NCBI GenBank assembly: GCA_030024085.1
Contig: JASEJE010000015.1
Coordinates: forward strand, 14,375-78,374
Length of the DNA: 64,000 nt
Source: Bacillota bacterium
GTDB taxonomy: Bacteria > Bacillota > SHA-98 > UBA4971
Direction of reading: 5' to 3'
The notes beneath the pieces are model-generated. The model made no database searches, was not told where the DNA came from, and saw only the letters and a program-made list of their open reading frames with translations. A program made the position numbers and the translations under genes. Of the stretch, positions 54,879 through 62,237 are shown piece by piece. Within the stretch, counting starts at the first letter, position 1; every line of letters begins with the position of its first letter.

Positions 54879-55307
54879 CTACGCCTCGACCTCCACGCCC
54901 ATGCTCCGCGCCGTGCCTGCGATCATCCGCTCCGCGGCCTCGACGGTTGTGGCGTTGAGATCCTTCATCTTGAGCTCGGCTATCTCGCGCAGCTGGGCGC
55001 GGGTGAGCTTCGCCACCTTATCCCTGTTGGGCTGACCGGAGCCCTTCTCGATGCCGGCTGCCTTCCTGATGAGGAACGAAGCCGGAGGGGTCTTGAGCAC
55101 ATACGTAAAGGACCGGTCCTCGTAGACGGTTATCTCCACCGGGATGATGGTGCCGGCTTGCGCCGCGGTCTTCTCGTTGAACGAGCGCACGAACTCCATG
55201 ATGTTCACGCTGTGCTGCGCCAGAGCCGGCCCCACCGGCGGCGCAGCGGTGGCTTTGCCCGCCGATATCTGTAACTTCACTATTGCGGCTATCTTCTTCT
55301 TGGCCAT
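54879..55307 (-). CDS. rplK: 50S ribosomal protein L11
   Basis: PPVGPAL, KTPPAS, GTARSMG. Confidence 0.98.
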   Translation of the reverse strand: MAKKKIAAIVKLQISAGKATAAPPVGPALAQHSVNIMEFVRSFNEKTAAQAGTIIPVEITVYEDRSFTYVLKTPPASFLIRKAAGIEKGSGQPNRDKVAKLTRAQLREIAELKMKDLNATTVEAAERMIAGTARSMGVEVEA

Positions 55308-55399
55308 GAAATGCGTCCCTCCTGCGCGCTTGAAACCCGGCAAACACGTTGCACGGGCCCCGGCCCCGTCCGGGCCCCGCGCGTGTCTCGCGTCTTACC

Positions 55400-56080
55400 C
55401 TACAGCTTCTCGATCTGACTGAAATCCAGCTCCACCGGCGTCTCTCGTCCAAACATCGACACGAGCACGCGGACCTTCCCCTTGTCGGGCTGTATCTCCT
55501 CGATGACCCCGGAAAAGTGCTGGAATGGCCCGCCGATCACCCGCACGCCCTCTCCGACGGAGAAGTCGATCTTCGGGCGCGCTTCCTCGACGCCGATCCG
55601 CCTCAAGATGTCGTGCATCTCCGTTTCCTGGAGCGGAACGGGCCTTGCACCCGACCCGACGAACCCGGTCACGCCGGGGGTGTTCCTGACGACGTACCAC
55701 GAGTCGTCCTCCATCACCATCTCCACCAGCACGTACCCCGGGAAGATCTTCTTCTTGACGACCTTCTTCTTGCCGTCCTTGAACTCGTACTCTTCCTCGG
55801 TCGGAACGAGAACCCGGAAGATCTTGTCTTCCTTCTCCATGGTCTTGACCCGTCTCTCGAGGTTGGCCTTGACCTTGTTCTCGTAGCCTGAGTACGTGTG
55901 GATCACATACCAGTTCTTGTTGGGATTCTCGGGCTCCGGAGACTCCTCGCCTGGCTCCTCCGGAAGTTCCCTGGGGTCCCCGACCGCGTCGCCGGGCACG
56001 CTCTCATGCTGCGCCGGGCCTTCCTCCACGGAGGCTGCGAGTTCATCTTCAGCAGACCGGGTTATCTCTCTTTCCTCCAC
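55400..56080 (-). CDS. nusG: Transcription elongation factor NusG (acidic N-terminal extension)
   Basis: WYVIHTYSGYE, FPGYVLV, VRNTPGVTGF, FGRETPVEL. Confidence 0.97.
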   Translation of the reverse strand: MEEREITRSAEDELAASVEEGPAQHESVPGDAVGDPRELPEEPGEESPEPENPNKNWYVIHTYSGYENKVKANLERRVKTMEKEDKIFRVLVPTEEEYEFKDGKKKVVKKKIFPGYVLVEMVMEDDSWYVVRNTPGVTGFVGSGARPVPLQETEMHDILRRIGVEEARPKIDFSVGEGVRVIGGPFQHFSGVIEEIQPDKGKVRVLVSMFGRETPVELDFSQIEKL

Positions 56081-56145
56081 CTCACGAGGGGCCGCATTGC
56101 CTCACGGCCGCAGCCCTCCACCCCCTACTGAAGTTTTACCGCACG

Positions 56146-56346
56146 TTACCGTATGAATATCTTCAGGCCCTGGGAAAACACGAAATCGATGAGCCCGATG
56201 AATGCGCTGGCCACGACGACCACGGTAACCACGACCACAGTCGAAGACACGAGTTCCTTGCGGTCGGGCCATGCAACCTTCCTCATCTCGGCCCTGACCT
56301 CACGGAGGAACTTGCCCATGCGGCCGAGCCTCTCCTTGATCTGCAT
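56146..56346 (-). CDS. secE: Preprotein translocase subunit SecE
   Basis: FLREVRAEMRKVAWP plus a single TM. Confidence 0.95.
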   Translation of the reverse strand: MQIKERLGRMGKFLREVRAEMRKVAWPDRKELVSSTVVVVTVVVVASAFIGLIDFVFSQGLKIFIR

Positions 56347-56428
56347 AACGGCTCCCTTCCTCGCCCGCCGGCCCGAACACGGGCCTTCTCAAGTCGGTGG
56401 ATCGGTGAGTCCCTGTCACCAGGCCCTC

Positions 56429-56578
56429 CTACCGGGTCTCCTTGTGGATCGTGTGGGCCCGGCAGAACTTGCAGAACTTCTTCAGCTCCATCCGGTCGGG
56501 ATCGTTCCGCTTGTTCTTCTCAGTGCGGTAGTTCCGCTGCTTGCATTTGGTGCACTCAAGAGTGATGCCCTCGCGCAC
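56429..56578 (-). CDS. rpmG: 50S ribosomal protein L33 (zinc type; not in ORF track)
   Basis: Manual translation [17 protein letters not shown]...[19 protein letters not shown]. Confidence 0.95.
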   Translation of the reverse strand: MREGITLECTKCKQRNYRTEKNKRNDPDRMELKKFCKFCRAHTIHKETR

Positions 56579-56609
56579 TTCTTCACACCCCCTGGCACGT
56601 CACCCCTAG

Positions 56610-56638
56610 AATCTAGCATACCGCGGCAGGCGTGTCAA
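56610..56638 (-). promoter_or_regulatory. Sigma-A promoter for rpmG-secE-nusG
   Basis: TTGACA-N17-TAGATT with TG extension. Confidence 0.7.
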
Positions 56639-56793
56639 TAAGAGACCAAATCCCCAAATCCCCAGATTCCGGGCAAACCCCGGACGAGCCCCGGAAACCT
56701 GCCGGCTGCCTGGCGTCCTGAGCGCCGGGGGGCATGCCCGCCGGTACAAGAAAACAGCGCCGGACCCACAGGCGCCTTGCTGGATTAAAGAAC

Positions 56794-56869
56794 TGGAGCC
56801 CACGGCCGGAATCGAACCGGCGACCCCATCCTTACCATGGATGTGCTCTGCCTGCTGAGCTACATGGGC
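56794..56869 (-). tRNA. tRNA-Thr (GGT)
   Basis: 76-nt cloverleaf, CATCC-ATGGTAA-GGATG anticodon arm, encoded CCA. Confidence 0.96.
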
Positions 56870-56883
56870 TCCTAAACATGACC

Positions 56884-56960
56884 TGGAGCGGGAAACGGGA
56901 CTCGAACCCGCGACATTCAGCTTGGAAGGCTGACGCTCTAGCCAACTGAGCTATTCCCGC
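56884..56960 (-). tRNA. tRNA-Gly (TCC)
   Basis: 77-nt cloverleaf, TCAGC-CTTCCAA-GCTGA, CCA. Confidence 0.96.
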
Positions 56961-56975
56961 TCGACGTAAAATGCC

Positions 56976-57061
56976 TGGTGGAGAGGGGTGGATTCGAACC
57001 ACCGAAGGCTGAGCCAACAGATTTACAGTCTGCCCCCTTTGACCAGCTCGGGAACCTCTCC
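56976..57061 (-). tRNA. tRNA-Tyr (GTA)
   Basis: 86 nt, GCAGA-CTGTAAA-TCTGT, long variable arm, CCA. Confidence 0.96.
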
Positions 57062-57120
57062 ACTAAACCTGTGCGTGTAGGGACCGACACCCTCAGCCCA
57101 GCGTCCCATGCCGCTTTTAT

Positions 57121-57149
57121 ATATTAGCATAGAGGTGCGGCGTACGCAA
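57121..57149 (-). promoter_or_regulatory. Sigma-A promoter for the Tyr-Gly-Thr tRNAs
   Basis: TTGCGT-N17-TAATAT with TG extension. Confidence 0.6.
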
Positions 57150-57384
57150 GTGCCAATTGCCGCTTGGTGCCAATTGCCGTTTGGGGGCGCGTGTAGCAAT
57201 TGTGGCGCCCAGGGGTTACCTCCACTTTCTGGACAGCGGCATGTCAGGCTACCTTCGCAGGCGATTCCACGGTTTGGTCGCCTGTGAGGCTGGGCTCACC
57301 GCGACCAGGTTGCCCGGCCGGGTCGGTCCGCTGGAGGCCACCCCCGGGCTGCTCCTGGATGTCTACGGACCACCCTCGCAGCCT

Positions 57385-57560
57385 CCATGACCGAGCGGAC
57401 GGTAAGGTGGTCTGTTTGCGACCATGATTAGCATACATTTGGCCGCCTGCCTGCCACTTGGGCAGACATACTGGTCGCCACGAGACCACCTTCGAGCGCG
57501 CGGCGGTGAGGGTGGTCGCTGCGAAGGTGGGTCGCGCGCGCTCAAGGCTGAACGTGAAGT
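57385..57560 (+). pseudogene. Possible degraded metallo-beta-lactamase-fold (RNase Z-like) gene fragment
   Basis: Frameshifted fragments ADGKVVC... and ADILV/HETTF resemble the ADLLIHEATF motif. Confidence 0.25.
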
Positions 57561-57769
57561 GGTCGTCTGGAAACCACATTCCCGCGCTTCCTGGTCCTCG
57601 ACGGACCACCTCTCGCGACTCGCGTCTATAGGTGGATCCAGTCTGAGCAGGTCGCTCGCGAACATGGTCCCTGGCTGGCCACCCCGGCGAGCACAGCTGG
57701 CTATCTTCTGACCATTCCAACGCGTGTTCTGGTCGCGTCGTCAGCACTTTGCCTTGTCCAGAGTTACGT

Positions 57770-57800
57770 TTCGACAGGACTTGCGCCAGCCACGTCGAAA
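57770..57800 (+). promoter_or_regulatory. Spo0A box (TTCGACA) overlapping a weak sigma-H-like promoter
   Basis: TTCGACA at 57770-57776, then AGGA-N17-GAAA. Confidence 0.3.
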
Positions 57801-57861
57801 CCATGGGCGTATCCCAGAGGGAAGGTACTCTTGCTGAGAGTAGAAAAGGAGGCAACGATCG

Positions 57862-59331
57862 ATGCAGGTAGATCTCTCTTTCTGCAGACGGGAGTTTCCC
57901 GCACTCGACCTGCGGGTGAACGGACACATGGCGGCGTACTTCGACGGCCCCGGCGGCACACAGGTCCCGGCCCGGGTGATCAAGGCGATAACCCGGTACT
58001 ACCAGGAAGCGAACGCGAACTGCCACGGTGAATTCGTGACGAGCCGCCGCACTGACGGGACTATAGCCGCTGCGAGGCAGACCGTGGCCGAGATGCTGGG
58101 GGCTGCCTCGCCGGACGAGATCGCCTTCGGCCCCAACATGACCACACTCAATTTCGCCCTCTCGCGCGCCCTGGGGCGCGCACTCACGCCCGGCGACGAG
58201 ATCGTCATCACCGACCTCGATCATGAGGCAAACCGCAGCCCCTGGCAGGCCCTGGAGGAAAGGGGCGTGGTGGTACGGTCCGTCCGTGTGAACCTGCCCG
58301 AGTGCACGCTCGACTACGACGACCTGGAGAGGGCGGTCAACGCGCGGACCAGGGTGGTGGCTCTGGGATACGCGTCCAACGCGGTCGGAACCATCAACGA
58401 CGTGAAGCGCGCGGCCTCGCTCGCCCACTCCGTCGGGGCGGTGTGCGTTGTCGACGCGGTCCACTATGCGTTGCATGGAGCCATCGACGTGCGCGACATC
58501 GGCTGCGATTTCCTGCTGTGCTCCGCGTACAAGTTCTTCGGGCCGCACGTTGGCATCCTTTACGGTCGCCGCGATGCGTTCGAAAGGCTCGCCGCGTACA
58601 GGGTGCGCCCCCAGAGCTCGAAACCGCCGCACAAGATCGAGACCGGAACGCTGAACCACGAGGGCATAGCCGGCGTCATCGCCGCGATAGAGTTCATCGC
58701 GAGCCTTGGGGCTGCCCTGCCCCGGGGGGCGACCGCTGGCTTTCCTCCCATGGACAAAGGGAAATCCGGTGAATACACGACAGCAGCGGCCGGCGGTAGC
58801 CAGCCACCCAGCGCTCCTCATCTGGACGGGTCCGCTTCGAGCGGGTGGGGACGGGCGGGTCAACTGCAGGCAGGCGGACTCGGGACGCCAGCCGATGCTG
58901 CCACGTCCAAAGCCGCCCGAGATAAGGCCGGCGACGCAGAGATGGCGGAGATCCCGGCTCGGAGACCGCACATACTCGCAGGCTTCACCGCCATCGAGCT
59001 CTATGAAAGGCCGCTCTTCGCCATGCTCATGGACGGCCTGGCCTCGATTCCCGGAGTCACGGTGTATGGGCTTCCCGCCGCCGTTGGCGAACGGACCCCG
59101 ACGGTGTCCTTCAGCGTAGCTGGCAAACACCCCGCAGATGTCGCCAGGTTCCTCGGGGACCGCGGCATCTTCGTATGGCACGGCGATTTCTATGCCACCA
59201 CCCTCATCGAGCGCCTCGGCCGCGCCGAGAGCGGCGGCGTGGTGCGGGTGGGCATAGCGCCCTACAACACCACCGAAGAAGTCAGCCGGCTGGTGGAAGC
59301 CCTCAAGGAGTGCGCCGGCCTCTTCTCCTGA
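57862..59331 (+). CDS. Cysteine desulfurase-like class V aminotransferase (VC1184-type subfamily)
   Basis: YFDGPGGTQVP, LDHEAN..PW, VDAVHY, CSAYKFFGPH, ETGT, WHGDFYA; AAGGAGG RBS. Confidence 0.9.
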   Translation: MQVDLSFCRREFPALDLRVNGHMAAYFDGPGGTQVPARVIKAITRYYQEANANCHGEFVTSRRTDGTIAAARQTVAEMLGAASPDEIAFGPNMTTLNFALSRALGRALTPGDEIVITDLDHEANRSPWQALEERGVVVRSVRVNLPECTLDYDDLERAVNARTRVVALGYASNAVGTINDVKRAASLAHSVGAVCVVDAVHYALHGAIDVRDIGCDFLLCSAYKFFGPHVGILYGRRDAFERLAAYRVRPQSSKPPHKIETGTLNHEGIAGVIAAIEFIASLGAALPRGATAGFPPMDKGKSGEYTTAAAGGSQPPSAPHLDGSASSGWGRAGQLQAGGLGTPADAATSKAARDKAGDAEMAEIPARRPHILAGFTAIELYERPLFAMLMDGLASIPGVTVYGLPAAVGERTPTVSFSVAGKHPADVARFLGDRGIFVWHGDFYATTLIERLGRAESGGVVRVGIAPYNTTEEVSRLVEALKECAGLFS

Positions 59332-59368
59332 ACGACCTCCAGCTGGCCGGACCTGCACGAAGTTAGTT

Positions 59369-60478
59369 CTATGCGTTCCATTCAAGCCGCCGGAGCCGAT
59401 GCCCGAGGGCTCTCTCGATTCCCTGGAGCGCGGCGGCGTCGTCCCCGGTGACAAGGCTCAATGCCTGGCCTGTGGCACCGGCGCGTGCGGTGCGGCCGAC
59501 CCGGTGAACGTAGTCCTCTGGAACAGCCGGCAGGTCGTAGTTGATGACGTGCGTCACGCCCTGGATATCCAGGCCACGCGCGGCGATGTCTGTTGCCACG
59601 AGTACCCGGAAGACGCCCTGGCGGTAGCCCTCGAGGGCCGCCTCGCGCTGCCGCTGAGACCTATCGCCGTGAATGCATGCGGCCTTGACACCCGACCATG
59701 AGAGCCGGCGGGCAAGCCGGTCGGCCCGATGTTTCGTGCGCGTGAACACAAGCACGCTTTCCATGGTCTGGCGCTGAACCAGCTCCAGCAAGGCCGTCGT
59801 CTTCCGGGCGGAGGGAACCATGTAGACAGCCTGTGACACCGTCTCGGGAGGGGTCGCCACACGGCCCACCGCAAGTCGCACCGGATCCTTCATGAACCGC
59901 TCCGCCAGAGCAAGAATCTCCGGCGGCATTGTCGCGGAGAAAAGGAGCGTCTGCCGAGACGCGGGAAGGTGGGACATGATCCGCCGGAGCTCTGGCAGGA
60001 AGCCCATGTCAAACATCCGGTCGGCCTCGTCGAGCACCAGGGTCGATACGTTCTTCAGGTCTATCGTCCCTCTGCCCAGGTGGTCGAGCAGGCGACCCGG
60101 GGTCGCTACGACGATGTCCACGCCGGCTCGCAGCGCCTGCAGCTGGGGTTCATATCCCACCCCCCCGTAGATGGCGGCGCTATTCATCCCGGTGTGGCGG
60201 CCGAGCTTGCGTGCGTGCTGGGCAGTCTGAATGGCTATCTCCCGGGTCGGGCAGAGGATGAGGCCCCTGACACCGCCGCGGGGGCCGGTTGATACGCGCT
60301 CCAGCATGGGCAGAAGGAACGCAGCCGTTTTACCGCTGCCCGTCTCCGCGGTGACCACTATGTCGCGCCCTTCCAGGGCGGGGGGAATGGCAGCACTCTG
60401 GACGGGCGTGGGTTTGATGTAGCCGGCTTTCTTGATGTTCTCGAGGAGAACCAGGCCTAGTCGGAAATCGTTAAACAT
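59369..60478 (-). CDS. DEAD-box RNA helicase (RhlE-like, no long C-terminal tail)
   Basis: Q motif, AETGSGKT, PTRE, DEAD, SAT, ARGLD, HRVGRTAR. Confidence 0.96.
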   Translation of the reverse strand: MFNDFRLGLVLLENIKKAGYIKPTPVQSAAIPPALEGRDIVVTAETGSGKTAAFLLPMLERVSTGPRGGVRGLILCPTREIAIQTAQHARKLGRHTGMNSAAIYGGVGYEPQLQALRAGVDIVVATPGRLLDHLGRGTIDLKNVSTLVLDEADRMFDMGFLPELRRIMSHLPASRQTLLFSATMPPEILALAERFMKDPVRLAVGRVATPPETVSQAVYMVPSARKTTALLELVQRQTMESVLVFTRTKHRADRLARRLSWSGVKAACIHGDRSQRQREAALEGYRQGVFRVLVATDIAARGLDIQGVTHVINYDLPAVPEDYVHRVGRTARAGATGQALSLVTGDDAAALQGIERALGHRLRRLEWNA

Positions 60479-60577
60479 GTGTACCTCTCTTCTCTCTCTT
60501 TCAGCTAGCAAAGAGGGGGTGTCAGCCGAGCGCTGACACCCCCTGGCAGCTGTACAGCATTTCGCGTCTTCGCGGGT

Positions 60578-60606
60578 ATCTTATCACATTTGCGGACCAA
60601 CAGCAA
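60578..60606 (-). promoter_or_regulatory. Sigma-A promoter for the DEAD-box helicase
   Basis: TTGCTG-N17-TAAGAT with TG extension. Confidence 0.55.
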
Positions 60607-60669
60607 CGACGATTTCGCGCGACGACGATTTCGCGCGATGGACACGGCCCTATGTCGACGATTCCGACC

Positions 60670-60909
60670 TTACGGAGACGTCAGCATTTTCACGATCTCC
60701 TCGAAGATCTCCCGCGCCTTCGCGGCGTCTTCACTTTCCCTCAAGGCGTCGATGTTGAGGGATACGGTCTTCCCCTGGCGAATCTCGCCGTCCTTCTCCC
60801 AGTCGGGAAGAGACACGTGAAGACGCCCGGCCCTGGGATACCACCTGAGCTTGTTCCTCTCGGTCGTGACCTCAACCGGCGTTTCCTCTTCCCAGTATCG
60901 CGTTGCCGT
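60670..60909 (-). CDS. Small hypothetical protein (possible ACG start)
   Basis: Coding-like composition (RYWEEETP...GKTVSLNI); GGAGG 8 nt before an in-frame ACG. Confidence 0.6.
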   Translation of the reverse strand, partial: TATRYWEEETPVEVTTERNKLRWYPRAGRLHVSLPDWEKDGEIRQGKTVSLNIDALRESEDAAKAREIFEEIVKMLTSP

Positions 60910-61113
60910 TATCGACTCCTCCTCGCCTTCCCTGACGGGGTTCTGCCTGCCGCCAACCCAGGTCCCCACTGTTCAGGCACCGGGCATGCCGACTCTCCAC
61001 GATCGCGGCTGGGCGAGCGCTTCTTACAGCCCGAGTTACAGGCTAGATTGCCCGCCGGACACGCGCCTCAACACCACTATAAAGAAACGCGTTCTCAGCC
61101 GATTCTCACCGGA

Positions 61114-61152
61114 GCGGGTTCCAGGGGCCACCGGCCGGGCCCTGGAACCCGC
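61114..61152 (-). terminator. Stem-loop downstream of tRNA-Thr(TGT)
   Basis: GCGGGTTCCAGGG...CCCTGGAACCCGC inverted repeat. Confidence 0.5.
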
Positions 61153-61160
61153 CAAATAGC

Positions 61161-61235
61161 TGGAGCCGACGGTGGGACTCGAACCCACAACCTGCGGATT
61201 ACAAATCAGCTGCTCTACCGTTGAGCTACGTCGGC
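61161..61235 (-). tRNA. tRNA-Thr (TGT)
   Basis: 75-nt cloverleaf, loop TTTGTAA, CCA; one anticodon-stem mismatch. Confidence 0.92.
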
Positions 61236-61272
61236 ATCAGGACTCGTGTCTTCGATTTCGTTCCCTGATAAG

Positions 61273-61301
61273 ATCTTAGCCGCTCACGGCTCCCATGTCA
61301 A
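61273..61301 (-). promoter_or_regulatory. Sigma-A promoter for tRNA-Thr(TGT)
   Basis: TTGACA-N17-TAAGAT. Confidence 0.8.
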
Positions 61302-61417
61302 CCCGCACGAGCCCGGCGAGCCCGGCCGGATGCACATACACTACCTGGCGTTCAACCGGGCGCATATGCACTACCGGGGTACATGCACGAGTGGGTGCGC
61401 CTCCGCCCAGCCCCGGA

Positions 61418-62068
61418 TCAAGTGACCTCGTCGCGCTTCTCTATGTATCTCTCAAGTTTGCGCTTGACGCGCTGCAGCGCGTTGTCTATGGATTTCACGT
61501 GCCTATGCAATTCGCCGGCGATCTCCTGGTAAGACTTGCCGTCGAGGTACGCAGAGAGCACCTTCCACTCGAGGTCGCTCAGGAACTCGTTCATCTTGGA
61601 CTCGATGTCGACGAACTCCTCTTTGCTTATCACAAGCTCCTCGGGGTCAGTGACCTTGGTGCCGGAGAGAACGTCGAGCAGGGTGCGATCCGACTCCTCG
61701 TCGTATATGGGCTTGTTGAGCGACACGTATGAATTCAGGGGAATGTGCTTTTGCCTCGTGGCCGTCTTGATGGCCGTGATGATCTGGCGAGTTATGCAAA
61801 GCTCCGCAAACGCGCGAAACGATGCCAGCTTGTCGCTGCGGAAATCCCGTATGGCCTTGAAGAGGCCTATCATACCCTCCTGGACGATATCTTCGCGGTC
61901 GGCACCGATGAGAAAATACGAGCGCGCCTTGGCACGGACGAAGTTCTTGTACTTGTTGATTAGGTACTCTTCGGCGGCTCTCTGTCCGCATCTCGCGCTC
62001 TCGACAATATCCTCGTCGAGCATGTCATCGTACAGAGAAGATGGCTGACGCTGCGGTTCGGCACTCAT
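61418..62068 (-). CDS. sigH: RNA polymerase sporulation sigma factor SigH
   Basis: KARSYFLIGADREDIVQEGMIGL, TRQKHIPLNSY, KSIDNALQRVKRK. Confidence 0.97.
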   Translation of the reverse strand: MSAEPQRQPSSLYDDMLDEDIVESARCGQRAAEEYLINKYKNFVRAKARSYFLIGADREDIVQEGMIGLFKAIRDFRSDKLASFRAFAELCITRQIITAIKTATRQKHIPLNSYVSLNKPIYDEESDRTLLDVLSGTKVTDPEELVISKEEFVDIESKMNEFLSDLEWKVLSAYLDGKSYQEIAGELHRHVKSIDNALQRVKRKLERYIEKRDEVT

Positions 62069-62113
62069 TGACATCGCCCCCTGCTTGTCTGACGTCGCTC
62101 GACTCACAAGGAG

Positions 62114-62143
62114 ATTATACACTTGCGTTTGTGGACAAGTCAA
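62114..62143 (-). promoter_or_regulatory. Sigma-A promoter for sigH
   Basis: TTGACT-N18-TATAAT. Confidence 0.65.
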
Positions 62144-62237
62144 GGAACGCAAGACGCCGCGGAACCTTGCCCCGCGCGCTGCCTGGCCACCCGCGCCAAG
62201 TCACACCAGCCGCGATACCGCCGCGCCCCACATGAGT

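Noticed and set aside
55225-55260. L11 ATAAPPVGP variant as thiostrepton resistance
   Set aside because: The PP-V-GP prolines linked to resistance are retained; the change is at a neighbouring position
58711-58960. Intein in the desulfurase-like gene, or introns/inteins in rpoB/rpoC
   Set aside because: No intein splice-junction motifs; conserved regions are contiguous
57244-59454. 736-aa minus-strand ORF
   Set aside because: Antisense to the desulfurase-like gene; no recognisable domain
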